This document shows positions 14,101-25,644 of a stretch of 64,000 nt of DNA, one piece after another. Source of the stretch: Psammoneis japonica (lineage: Eukaryota); the NCBI GenBank assembly GCA_008632985.1, contig QPGO01000081.1, positions 124,001 through 188,000 of the forward strand. The letters run 5' to 3'. The position numbers were made by a program, and so were the translations under genes. The notes below the pieces were generated by a model. That model ran no database searches, was not told the origin of the DNA, and was given only the letters and a program-made list of their open reading frames with translations. Each line of letters starts with the position of its first letter. Position 1 is the first letter of the stretch.

Positions 14101-14560
14101 CTTCATTGATGCAGCACATGCCAATGAACTGTGGCATCGCCGCTCCACTGCCGGATGTTCGCATGTCCTTGCTGGCGCTGCAATTGATTGTCATTGCCGC
14201 GCGCAAACGATTGCAGCTGCCAGCTCCACAGAAGCTGAATTTCTCGCAGCTGTCACTGGTGCAAAACAGACCCTGCACTTCCGCATGGTTCTGGAAGAAT
14301 TGGGCTTTCCTCAACGTGATCCTGCTCCCTTGCACATTGACAACTCCTCTGCCACCCAGATGATCAATGACAAGGTGCCTGCGGAGCGATCCCGCCATGT
14401 TGACATTCAACATTTTGCTGTCCAAGACTGGCATGACACAGGCAAGATTGTCACTTGACATGTCCCGGGTGTCATTGACCCTGCTGATGTGCTGACCAAG
14501 GCTGTGGGCTGGGTGCTTCATTCCCGCCATGCCCGCCATTTGATGGGACACTGCCATTGA
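8175..14560 (+). pseudogene. Copia gag-pol pseudogene (frameshifts, TGA stops, pervasive Tyr>Cys/His)
   Basis: Motifs: Zn knuckle CVVCGDSH (~10030); protease QIDAGA (~10650); HQRLGHPS and CPACVQAK; integrase VDFAF, DQGGEL, GPVERSH; RT GGDARDACAHSP, LQGHPEAG, LLHQVDDF; RNase H GFIDAAHAN, SSTEAEF, HIDN, RHVDIQHF, ADVLTK. Confidence 0.93.
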
Positions 14561-14678
14561 TTGTCATCGGGTTTTGTGGATTGAGTCTTGGGTGTGTCTT
14601 TCTTTTCTTTGCCATTCTGGTCCTCTCTTTTTACTCGGATCATCTCTTTCTTTCTTGTTGAGCATTGCATTGCTCATC

Positions 14679-14687
14679 AGGGGAGGG
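14679..14687 (+). promoter_or_regulatory. Polypurine tract of the Copia element
   Basis: AGGGGAGGG lies immediately before TGACAG (14688), the original first bases of the 3' LTR. Confidence 0.75.
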
Positions 14688-14693
14688 TGACAG

Positions 14694-14951
14694 GCCTGTT
14701 CCAGCTCCAGGTGCTCCGAGCGGGTTCCATTCCCATCATTTGGCAGTTTGTGCATTTGGCGCAATTGGCTTTTTCCAAATCTGTTTTTTGCCAAATCGAG
14801 TGGCAAGTGTGCACTTAACATGCATTTTCGGGTGTACACTCACCTTTCGATTTTCGAAACGATCAAAATTGAAGGAGTTGATTGCGCCAAACTGCGCAGA
14901 AAATCGGCCTCTCGCGTGATAAAAAGCAGATCACCTGGAGCTGGAACAGGC
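14694..14951. mobile_element. 258-bp MITE-like element inserted 6 bp into the 3' LTR
   Basis: Perfect 20-bp TIRs GCCTGTTCCAGCTCCAGGTG (14694-14713) and CACCTGGAGCTGGAACAGGC (14932-14951); 6-bp TSD TGACAG at 14688-14693 and 14952-14957. Confidence 0.9.
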
Positions 14952-15120
14952 TGACAGACATCTGAGATGGGGAGCACACTCCCTTCTGTCGGACAGACTG
15001 GCATGGACAGCATGGAGAGGTCTGATGATCTCTCCTTTGCTCACTTTCTTTCTCATCTGGCACACGATTGTCATCTGTCCCAGACATCCGTTAGATTGTC
15101 CTGATGCCACTGGTCCACAA
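14952..15120 (+). repeat. 3' LTR (169 bp)
   Basis: Aligns to 7805-7973 and is followed by the TSD TGATG. Confidence 0.93.
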
Positions 15121-16890
15121 TGATGCCGGCATCTGGCATTCAAACAAGCACATGACAAAACACAACCTGGTCATTCTGCCAGAAAGCAGCCCCCAACCAA
15201 GTGCCATCAGGACATGCTCCTCCAACCCCCACCCCATGCAAATGAGTGTCCTCAAGTTGTCTCTGTTTGGCATCATCAAACAAGGAGGTCTTGAAACACA
15301 CATGCAGAGCTTTGGACATTTCAGCAGCAAGTGGCTTCATGATGGGAAGCACCACTCTTTTGAGGAGAAAGCAGCGAGGCTGACAAGTGTGTCTTGTGCC
15401 GTTGCTTTGTGACAAAAGTTGCTCTGCTGTCATCACAATTCTCACAAGGAAGGCATTTCATGTTTGCACATCATGCAATTGGAGCTTTGTGCTCACTTGT
15501 TGTCAACATGAGCTGCACTTGACTGCTTGTTGTCAATGTGTGCCACACCTTCTGTTTTGGCTCTTTTTCAATTTTTCATTGTCACATCTGTTGTCAAATG
15601 CAGTGGTTGTGAATGGCTGTCAGCTGACAATCAAAACATGAAATTTCATGTCCTGACATTGCTGCTGTGGGTGTTTTGGCCCCATGGAGCTGGCCACAAT
15701 TCACAGAAAACATGCCACCTGCACAAGCTCCATGCATTTTCTGTGTGACCACACAACCCATCTTCTCTGAGGTGAAGAAGCCAACAATCAGATTTTTGGC
15801 AATGACTTGACAACCACTTTTTGTTGCTGTGGGCACATTTGTTTTGTTGTTGAAGCGACAGCCTTGGGGCATGTGTGTTGCATGGGGCTTTGAGAAGACA
15901 GGCAGCAGGAGCATTCTTCTGAGAGCTTGTTTCAATTTTTTTGCAGGTGTGCTGAAGAGCTGATGATGCCTCCTTTGATTTCTCGACTTCAAATGGTCCA
16001 CCCCTTGCTTGCAGTGTTTGAAGTTGAGTTGCCAACTGTGAGTGAACTGCAAGCAGAGAGCCAGGCCTCATCACATTCATGCCAAAGCACAGTGCCAAGA
16101 GAACACAGGAGAGCAGCTTGGGGTGGGTTGAGTTTGAAAAAACTGAGCTCAGGATTGACTCATTTGAAGAAGGTCAATTGCAAGGTTCAAGGGTGAGAAG
16201 CCATTGAAAGCAGTGGTCATGAAGAGAAAGTGGCTGGTCTGTGTGTGTTGGTTGTTTTGGAAAGGAGCAGATTTGGCTGCTTTGGACACCAAGGCTTTGC
16301 ACTCAATGCCTTTGCCTGGGTCTCTCCACTTGCCCCCCAAAGACAACAACATGTGCAGCCACAAATGTGCTCTTTTGACAAATGAAATGTGTTGCAGAAA
16401 CAAACCATGGCTGCCATTGACCTGTGCCATCATGCATTTAGATGAGGGTTTGCAGATGCCATGAAATGAGAAGAAGGCATCTCAAAAGAAGCAGACATCA
16501 TCTTGTTCATTGTGGGTGTGAGTGTCTTTGTTGAGCGAGGCAAGATTGGTTTGTTTGGCAACAAAGCAATCATTTTCAACCATGAGTTCTTCAGGGCATG
16601 AAATTTTTGTTGTTGTTTAAAGTGATGTCTTGGAAGTGCTTTAGATGGGAGACAACAACTGAAGCGTCGGCATTGGCTCATTGTGGAGTTCACTCCTGCC
16701 GGGGGCAATCGTTTGCGGATGGGGGGCAGCAGATTTTTGATGAGATTCCTTTTTTCTGCCGGTGTTGCCATGAGAAATTCGGACTCCTGTCCCAGCACAA
16801 AAACTCAGTGTTTTTCTACATGCACAGCTTCTGCAAGGTCCTGTGGTGGTTTAGAATGAAATTTGAGACGAGTTTGGAGAATCCAATCTC

Positions 16891-19800
16891 TGTCCCGGTT
16901 GTGGCCAAAGTTTTTTGCGAACAGCCTGCCATTGGAGACACTCACCGACGTGTTGCTCAGTTGCCCAAGAGTTGCAAACCCAAGATCTGATCCCAGATCA
17001 AAGTGACATTCCTGCCACAATGGAGGGGCCACCCGAAGAAAGCGGCAGTTCTTCCTCTTTGTCCTCTGATGATGACGAATCCCATCCGAGGCGATCCACT
17101 TGCAGCAGATTCCCAAGATCTTCAACGAGTGATCCGAGCAGCAGCCCCTTGTTCCCCTCCCAGGATGACGCACCGCACGGAATGGACGACATGTCCTCCA
17201 TTTCATCAAACCACAGCATGCATGGAGTTGAACTTTCAGCAATGAATGATTTGGATGTTGGCGGTGGTCAATCCTTTGCTGCAGTGTTGGGCGTGACAAT
17301 GGAGGAGGAAGAGGACATTCACGATGAGGATCAACATTTGGGGATCAGGTGTGATGCTCCTGCAGAAGAGGCCTTGGCTTCTGCTCCCTCTTTGACAAAT
17401 CTTGATGGAGCTTGCACAGAGTTGTGCAAGAAGATCATGGACACATGTGGTGCTCCCCTGGAATTGCACGATTGCATTGTTGATTTCATTGAGAGGCACA
17501 CTGGCAACAGCAACATTGAGCTTGGTGCAGTTCTGCCAAGGAGAAAAGAGTTGATGCGCACCTTGACTGATCATTTCCCTCTTCCACCCAGCGAGTCTGT
17601 TCCTGTCACTCTAGAAACCAAAAATTTCAAAACCAGTTTGCCAAAACGAGTGTCAGTGCCAAGATGGGATTTCACAAAGGTTTGGGAACAGTTTTTACTC
17701 GATCCTCACCTGTGGTGCAGCAGAGAGAACATGGCCAATCCAGACAATCCTTTTGGGAAGTGCAAAGCGAAGGGGCCGGATGACAAGTGCCTTTTGGCGG
17801 GTGAGTGGTGCAGGCGCAGTCACGAAGAATGGACAACTGACCTGGAGAAACAATTTCTCTAGTGCAATGTCATTTACCTCGACAAGACTGGCAGGACACA
17901 AGGGATGGGATCATGTTGCGGAGAACCAGTGATCATGACCTCTGCGCATGTTGCCTTCAACAAATGGTCAGACAAGAGTGTCTGGAAACCAATTGGTTGT
18001 CTCCCGGATTTGGAAAAGATGTCGTCATCTGCGGCAAAGAATCTCTCAAACAATCGCAAGGCGGAGAAGGGACGCTCGTCAAGAGACTGCCACACTTGCT
18101 TGCGTGTTGTTTTGGAGCCACTTTTGGAAGTCATGAGAAAAGGAGGCATGAAAACATGTGTGCGACGAGGGGATGAGATGCGACACCTCCACACAATCCC
18201 ACTGATCGTTCTGATCATAGGAGACGCAAAAAGCGGCGACTGTCTCGTCGGACGACACGGAGGTCACAACTGTCGTCAATGTTGCTGTCGTTTCTGCCTC
18301 ACTGGCTTCAACAAACTGGACGACCCATGGATTGAATGCAAGTTTGTCTGAGGACTGGATCTCCACCAAGTGCAAACTAAGGCCAACGACGACAACAGAT
18401 CAGACCAAGAAAGGAAGCACTGGTTGGTCATCTTGCATTGCCTCAAGCAACACAACACACCTGCCAACTGTCTTTTTGAGGCAGACTTTGGCACACAACC
18501 ATGCGGTGTTGCCCTTGCGACAGCAAGTGACATGATGCATCTCTTTGAAAACGGCACCTTGAAAAGGGCAATCAATTCATTTGTAGACAGCATGACACCT
18601 GTGGTTGCAAGTGAGGTGGACAGCACAGTGGAAAGGATTTTCAGCAATCACCGGTCAACTTGCAAAGCATCCTTTTTGTGAACAAACTTCAAAGGAGGAG
18701 CAACGTTGCTTGCCTTCCTCAACTCTCACCACTGGGCTGGAATGGCTTTTGTTTTCTACCTTCTCCTGTCAACCAGCGAGGGACGAAACGCATGTGAGTC
18801 ATGCTTCCTTGACGAGGACGCAGACGAACCCATTGTTCCAGAGAATCGCAAGATGCCCAAAGCAAACTTTGAGAGTTGCTGCCAACCTAGTGAGCACTTG
18901 GACTCTGACAATGAAAGGTCGGAGGAGTCCAAAGAGGGTGACTGGGACGAAAATGAGGATGAGAAAGAGGAGAGTGAGGCTGAGGATGGTGACGACAACC
19001 AAAAAAAGAAAAAACACAAGGGAAAAAGACTCAACTGCAGAGTCCGGCAATTCATTCAATTGCTCGAGGACCTTCTTGTCTTCCACGCATGGCACAGGCT
19101 GGGCGATCCACCCATCACAAGCGCAACTCCCAGTTCATCTGTTCAGAAAACAAACAAGAAAATCCATCTCCTCATTGACCGGACAGTGCAACTCGTCCCG
19201 CGAACAGAAGGATGCAGGTGGAAGCTTCAAAAGCTTCATGAAACACTCCATCTCCCAGTGTTTCTTTGTTGTTACCAACATGCGATGAACTTTGACGCAG
19301 GGTTGGGGGAATGTCTCTTGAAAGACTTTTTCAAGCTGCCATCATCTGCCGCACAACAATGCAACCTTGACAGTTTTCTGAAGCAGGTCGTGTCGCGCAT
19401 GGAGGACCAAATGAGGCTCAACGCCGCAATTTCAGCTGACAGTTGGATTTTGCCAACTGGGAAAAAGGAATCATCAAGAGTCAGGACGGACAATCACACG
19501 CTGGGAGGAAGCACGTTCACTCTCACCTGCAACCAAGGGATTGGTGCTGTGATGTTTGAGTGGAACAGCTTGCATGCTCGTTGCCAAGTTCATCCTGTGT
19601 CACCAAACTTCATGTCGGAAAAGTGGGAGGATTGTGTTGGTGAAGACAGTGAAAACACACACCTGACTTGCAAGACAGAGTTTTGCAATGCAAACGGGAG
19701 GGTTGCGCACCGTGCGCACCCCAATTGCAAAAGCGAAGGACCATGGCATTGCTTTGCCCATGTGACCTTTGGCACATGAAAGGGCGATCAACAGTTTCCC

Positions 19801-20163
19801 TCCCGTTTGCTGTGTTTCTTCAAACAGGAAGACACAGGATCGATTTTTGCAGTGGTCCATCCAACTGCTCATCAAGCTGACCAGAGAACTGTGAGGCAAC
19901 AGTGTCAGCACACAGACTTGGTCAGTTGCTGGCAGCTTGATCACGAACGAAACAACTGGCTTTCAATGCCTGAGAAGACTCAGCACTCACCTGAGTCACG
20001 TGTTGTCCCCATCAAAGCAATTGGGGACAATGTTTTGGTTTATGAAGAATGTCCAGGAGCAGCAGAAGCGCAAGAAAAGGCCCCATTTGTTTGGGCTGCA
20101 CAGGACAGAAGGAAGTGTTGGTCAGACTTGTTTCTAAAACAGGATGCGCATGTCAATCTGTCA
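16891..20163 (+). mobile_element. Plavaka-type (CMC/EnSpm-related) transposase pseudogene
   Basis: N-terminal CPGC..H..C finger. Motifs VPRWDF..QFLLDP, AGEWC, IYLDKT, IIGDAKSGD, CRFC, DMMHLFENG, WKLQKLHETLHL, NFDAGLGE and RAHPNCKSEGPWH resemble Plavaka RAHPxYxxxxPWYD. Several stops and frameshifts; element termini not found. Confidence 0.75.
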
Positions 20164-20446
20164 TTCACTCACAGTGATTTCCCAACTCTTTCTTGCAAAC
20201 ATGATGAATTTGATCCTTTCAGAATTGGCAAAGTCATTGTGGTGCATGTGAAGCAGTGCGGTGCAAGCACCTTCCATTGCTTTCATTCTGATGTCTTCTT
20301 CTGAAACTCCAAGACAAGCTTCTTCCTGATTGGAAGGCTTTCCCAACCACTGACACGACAGGAAACTCTCGATGCATCAGATGTGTGCAGTTTTAGAGCA
20401 ATTGCTTCCTCACAGATTCTATGCAGTGTCCACTTGCACGGTCCAT

Positions 20447-21358
20447 TCAGTCATCCTGCGCCATGAAATGTTCCCTGGCAGCCACAATTGCCTGCTGAAA
20501 GTCGGCGCTGTGGTCAGGCTGGTTGACAGCCACCAATTGTGCCTCAATTTGCAATGCCAACTGCAGGACCCTTTCTCTTGCCACAGCTTCTTCGTCCATG
20601 GCCCGGATCGCGGTCCACATCCCTCCATGCATTTGATCTGTGCCTGGCCTCAGATCATGCAAAGCTTGCCACTGTCGCTGCAAGGCAATGTCTTTCCTTC
20701 TCAAATCGTCGAGGGCCTCGTGGAGCAACGTGATTGCACCCTTCAGGACGTGCAGCGGCTGTGTTAGATGTCGCCTTCGAAGGAGTGGCACGGCACGGCG
20801 GTGGATGGATTCGTCAATGCTGTTAATCGCAGATTGCTCCCTCTCCACTCTTGTGGCGTCTGTGTCAGAATTTGCCCTGAGGCTTCTCAGAAGCAACGTT
20901 GAGTCACAGCTGTGCAGCATGTGCAGCCCCAATTCTGATTTTTGATGTCCCGCAACGGAGATTGGGAGCCCCAGCTCTTTTGCGTCAAATGCGTTGCCGT
21001 GAAGAAAGCATTGGAAACTCATTTCCGCTTCACTGCAATTTTCCACTGCAACAACACAGTCATTGTCTGAACAGTGTGTCTCGATTGACGACTTAATGCA
21101 CTGTGCACAGATGTGCTTAAATTCGCGAGTGGTTGTTGCTTGATTCAACAAAGCAATCTCAAGTGCGGTCGTTGCAGCCACAATGGCACGACGGGCTTCT
21201 GCCATTGCTTCTGTTGATCTTGACACAGCAGCCTTTGCATCCTTTGCTGTCTGTTCCTCCGAACAACGAGCAGCATCAGCATGAACAAAACCACCAACTG
21301 TCTCCATCATGCGGTGACGGAAATCCTCATCAGCGGACAGACGGAGTTCATCTGACAT
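20447..21358 (-). CDS. Hypothetical 303-aa helical protein inside the repeat domain; possibly a transposon accessory gene, probably decayed
   Basis: ATG-initiated long ORF with Ala/Glu/Arg-rich helical composition and no Tyr. No family recognised. Confidence 0.4.
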   Translation of the reverse strand: MSDELRLSADEDFRHRMMETVGGFVHADAARCSEEQTAKDAKAAVSRSTEAMAEARRAIVAATTALEIALLNQATTTREFKHICAQCIKSSIETHCSDNDCVVAVENCSEAEMSFQCFLHGNAFDAKELGLPISVAGHQKSELGLHMLHSCDSTLLLRSLRANSDTDATRVEREQSAINSIDESIHRRAVPLLRRRHLTQPLHVLKGAITLLHEALDDLRRKDIALQRQWQALHDLRPGTDQMHGGMWTAIRAMDEEAVARERVLQLALQIEAQLVAVNQPDHSADFQQAIVAAREHFMAQDD

Positions 21359-23026
21359 GGTTTTCTTCTAATGCTCTGATTGTTGTGGTCGTGGGTCCGC
21401 CATTGCATTCACCAGATTGGTCATGCATCAGTCACAAAATTCTGGTTTCTGAGGAAATGCACCAGAGTGGTGCGTGGGAGAAGTCACATGCGCGCCTGGC
21501 AGGATTTGGAGTTTTAAACACAAAAACCCACCAGACGCACATGCAACTTCTCCCAGGGAAATCCCACGTGTGATTGTGCCGGGAAAGGGCAATGTGGAGT
21601 GTAGAATTGATGGAAGAAAACATTGTGCAAACATGCATCAGGAGAAAGGGTGTGTGTGCTGGAAAAGAACATGGATTTCTACATGCACGTTGAGGTGCGT
21701 GAAGAACACGTGGGTGCCTTCAAGTGATGCATGCGAACAATCACAAAGAAACATTCAGAAATGGAGACAGCATGGAGAGAAGTCAGAAACATGGATCCAA
21801 AACAAAGTGACACACGATGAAGGCGACGGCGATGGGATCGATGAAAAAGAAGGATTTGGATGGAAAGACACCGGAGACGGTGAAAACAGGTGGTGCCAAG
21901 AGGAAGAAGGGAGAGAAAAACAGGACGGGCAAAATGAAGAAAGAGAAAAAGAAGCAGACAACACGACGTCAAGAGGGGAGCAGCGATGCGATTCTGCATT
22001 TCAAGGGACCTCTTCCTCTCGATGATGTTCGCCCAAATGCAAGAAATGCAGTGTGGCTTTTTTGGAATGGTGACAAGGAAACATCCAACGCGGCAGCAGC
22101 ACATTTGAAATTCTTGCAAGAGAGCGGACAAGACATGTGGAATGAAGAGGACGATGCAGACGAATGGGCCAATTGGAGCACAGTTGTTGATCAAACAATT
22201 GGTGTGCACTTTGCATGATGAAAATTTCATTGCGTGCAATTGCAATGTTTGGCTTGTTGTTAAAGATCATCAGTTGTTGTGAAAAAGGCAGAGCACAAAA
22301 ATTAAAAAGCATCTGTGTTCAAACATGAAGAACAGCAGGAGATCAACAATTGACCAAATGACAAAAACCGTCATGTGCAGACAAGTAAATTTTGTGACAC
22401 AGCAACACAATTTTGTCATGCATGCAGGTGTTACAATGTCGTGCACTCTGATGAAAGCTTTGGAAACGGGCAACTTTCACCACACGTCGACTGTTCTTCG
22501 AGACTCACGATGATGGAGTGGATGGAGAGCGGAGAGTGGTTCGACTTGTCGCTTTTGGCACATTCTCGCGTGAAAAAAAAACGCGCGCAGCAAAGAATCA
22601 TTCTTGGCCGTTCAGATTGGAAGCCTGCAAATGCAATCGATCCTCCTTGCTTTGTGTGTGCAGCACTGCATGTGATGATGTTCTTCTAATTCATGTGCCC
22701 CCATGCCCTGAGGTGTCAGAGGATTTTCCATCAATGGAGTGACAGTTGAGGAGCTTTGGAAAATGGTGGTGGCATTTGGGATTGGATTGCCATGTGCAGT
22801 GTGTCTTTAGTCACACACAACAGCTCTCGCGCGACTCGGAAATCAGGTCCCTTTTGACTTTACTTTTCACCACTTCAACAGAAACGAGAAGCCGAGTTCA
22901 TTTTCCACATCAAGAACACGGCAACACCAAGTGGACAATGTCATTCGGACCGTCATTGTCGCTGAACCAATTGAGGCCACCACACCATGCTTGTGGCACA
23001 ACAACCGCAGTGCTTGAGCAGCAAAC

Positions 23027-23542
23027 ATGAACAATCAGGGGGCAAATGACAGAGGTGGACAGGACAATGGTGAAGGAAAGTCGTGGAGGAGGTTGCAGTC
23101 ATGGACGGCCATTTGCACAATCGCAAGTGGCGCGGCCACTGTCATTGCATTGCTTGTCACACTGGGTGATGAAGAAGATGACCCTTCACCATCAGACCCT
23201 GCGCCGATGCCACCCGAGGCCCCTGCGCCAATGCCACCCGATGCCCGAGCCTCCGTCTACATTGTGCATGGATGCGATTCGCACGGGTGCCCACCGGCAC
23301 TGGATTTGTCCATGCAGATTGGTGACCGAGTGTTTGAACCTTGTGAAAATCCATTCCGTGTTGACAATGTCCCGCTGGGCAATCAGGCATGTTCCACAGA
23401 TGGCCAAACAACCTGCAACACCATTGACTTTTCTTGCTCTGCTTTTGGTTGTGGCGAGGTTGACATCGCCAATGGGAAATCTTTCTCACTCTTTTGGCAG
23501 CAAGAGACAGGAAGTGTTGTTTGCTCCATTTGGCTCAACTGA
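23027..23542 (+). CDS. Hypothetical 171-aa protein: TM segment, Pro-rich linker, small beta-rich domain
   Basis: Open ATG-to-stop ORF with hydrophobic stretch WTAICTIASGAATVIALLVTLG. It lies in the hypermutated domain, so function is doubtful. Confidence 0.45.
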   Translation: MNNQGANDRGGQDNGEGKSWRRLQSWTAICTIASGAATVIALLVTLGDEEDDPSPSDPAPMPPEAPAPMPPDARASVYIVHGCDSHGCPPALDLSMQIGDRVFEPCENPFRVDNVPLGNQACSTDGQTTCNTIDFSCSAFGCGEVDIANGKSFSLFWQQETGSVVCSIWLN

Positions 23543-25415
23543 TTCTCTTCCTTCTTGCTTGCTCACCAATGTGCAAGAGAAGATTGCTGCAGGAAAGAAC
23601 ACACCTTGTCATCAAAGTCATGTCGACATGTGTCCGAAAAAAAAAAGACACACACCGCACAACATGCAAACTGCAAGCAGTTCACAATTGCACCATTCTT
23701 TCAAATGCTGCTCAATCATTCATTCTGTCTCTGCCTGATCAACATGTGCAATTGCCTTTCTGAAAGCATCTGCCTTGTTGACCATTTGGGGGCTTTTCCT
23801 TTTTGATTCCTCTGTTGATTCAAAATGCGAATGGAAATTTTGATTCCTCCGCCTTGTGCACTTTCATGTTGCCACTTAGAGCATGGGTGCCGTCGTAAAA
23901 CCGTTGACGTCTTTGTCGATCTTGTTGTCGTAAATGATGTCATCGACATGCCACCATTGCGTTGCTGTCCCTGATCCCAACTCGAAATGCATCGGGTTCC
24001 CTCTTGGCACCTTGTGCCTTTCATCCTGCACAGTCACCATGACATGTGATCAACAGAATCGCCGTCAATTGTGCCAAAGCTGTCGAACTTGGAAACGGTC
24101 ATAAACTCACAAGGCAGTCAGCAAATGTGGCAATTGCTTCAGGCGGTCTCCCAGAAACGCGTCATCAGTGACACATTGGTTCTTCGTCCAGCAATTTGGC
24201 CACCTTGTGTGGGCACACGACATGCGCAACACATGCACCAAAGACTGAAATCATGTGCAAACCAACCCAACTGTTGGCGCGCTAACGTGGAATCACCCGA
24301 TGTCGCAATTGGTCCATCAGTGTTGCCATCGTCGCCATTCGATGCTCACTGCACTGCACTTCAAAATGGGCTGAAAATGCGCAATTGCAAGAATGAAGTT
24401 CTCTTGCAGTTTCATTTTTCTGTGTGACTTCTCGTTCCTCTCTCACTTGAATGAACAGCAGGCCCCTCTCTGTCTCTCTGCTCTACTCTCCAGTGGCAGA
24501 GAGTGCCGTGTCCTGGCAGCCAGTGACCAGCAGCTCTATGAATCAATCATGAAAATCACACACAACTCTTTTTAGAGCCACAGGTGCCTGGTGGCCATCC
24601 GTGCTGATGAGGGGTGTGTCATTGTCCCACTCAGTGGAAAACAGCCAATGTCTCCAGGCAGAGACCAAACTCATGCCATGGCCACCTGCGGTCTCTCCTG
24701 GCATGCTGCTTGGAGTTTTGCCACTGCAGCTGACTCACAAAGTGGCACTTCCATCCTGGGATTTTGAGAGTGACTTGTGGGTCATTGAAAAACATGAAAC
24801 TGGTGCTGAGTGCACACACCCAGAGCTCTGATGTGTTTGAGGAAAAATGCAGAGATTCAGCGGACAAGGCTGACATCTTGGCTTGTGTCAGAGTGCAGGA
24901 CACACTGTGCTGGTCTCTTCACCTTGCAACTTTTGTTGATGCTCTGGCACTTGCCTTTGCAGTTGCAGCAGGCATTGCTGCCACAGCTGCCAATGATGAT
25001 GCTTTTCTGTGTTTGCAGGCTGCCCACAGTTGACAGCTGATTGTGCAAAAGGGCACATTGAAAAAAGCAACTTCTTTTGTCACAAGAAGACCTGTGACAG
25101 GCTGCAAAAGTTCCATGAGACCAAGTTGCAGCCATCGTGCAAGTGACTCACATTGTGTGAAGGGTCTGTGCTGCAAGATCTGCATGGGGTGCCGCACACA
25201 GAGTGCGGTCATTGACTCCATGTGAGGACTCAAGCTCCACATGTTTTGCCACTGCACACACATGTGCTCTGCATGAAAAAGTTTTGCAATTTTGCACAAC
25301 ACAGAAAATCTCCACTGGAGCACTTGGGTGTCATTCTTGCACAGGTCACAGCGACACATCTTGGATGCTTCTGTGAGTGCTGTGAGGCTGACACACAGCA
25401 ATTCCCAGTGGCCGG

Positions 25416-25644
25416 NNNNNNNNNNNNNNNNNNNNNNNNNNNNNNNNNNNNNNNNNNNNNNNNNNNNNNNNNNNNNNNNNNNNNNNNNNNNNNNNNNNNN
25501 NNNNNNNNNNNNNNNNNNNNNNNNNNNNNNNNNNNNNNNNNNNNNNNNNNNNNNNNNNNNNNNNNNNNNNNNNNNNNNNNNNNNNNNNNNNNNNNNNNNN
25601 NNNNNNNNNNNNNNNNNNNNNNNNNNNNNNNNNNNNNNNNNNNN
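25416..25644. other. Assembly gap (229 N)
   Basis: Run of N; the flanks correspond to copy A 4669 and 4916. Confidence 0.99.

Larger units (their letters stand above)
7805..15120 (+). mobile_element. Full-length, inactivated Ty1/Copia LTR retrotransposon (diatom type)
   Basis: 169-bp LTRs; 5-bp TSD TGATG at 7800-7804 and 15121-15125; empty site CCCACCT-TGATG-CCGGCA in copy B at ~28553-28570. Domain order is gag, protease, integrase, RT, RNase H. Confidence 0.95.
735..16835 (+). repeat. Segmental duplication copy A (interrupted by the Copia element 7805-15120 and the foldback block)
   Basis: Colinear similarity to 22453-30263, e.g. 1857-7804 vs ~22558-28564 and 15126-16835 vs ~28565-30263. 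Confidence 0.9.

Noticed and set aside
7805..15120. RNA editing or RT error (ADAR-like) as the cause of the A>G changes
   Set aside because: The two LTRs diverged after insertion, the changes occur on both strands, and DNA-transposon and non-TE sequences show the same pattern.
8175..20163. An alternative genetic code explaining the lack of Tyr
   Set aside because: Host genes in the same window use TAY and TAA/TAG normally, and TA loss covers all frames and non-coding DNA.
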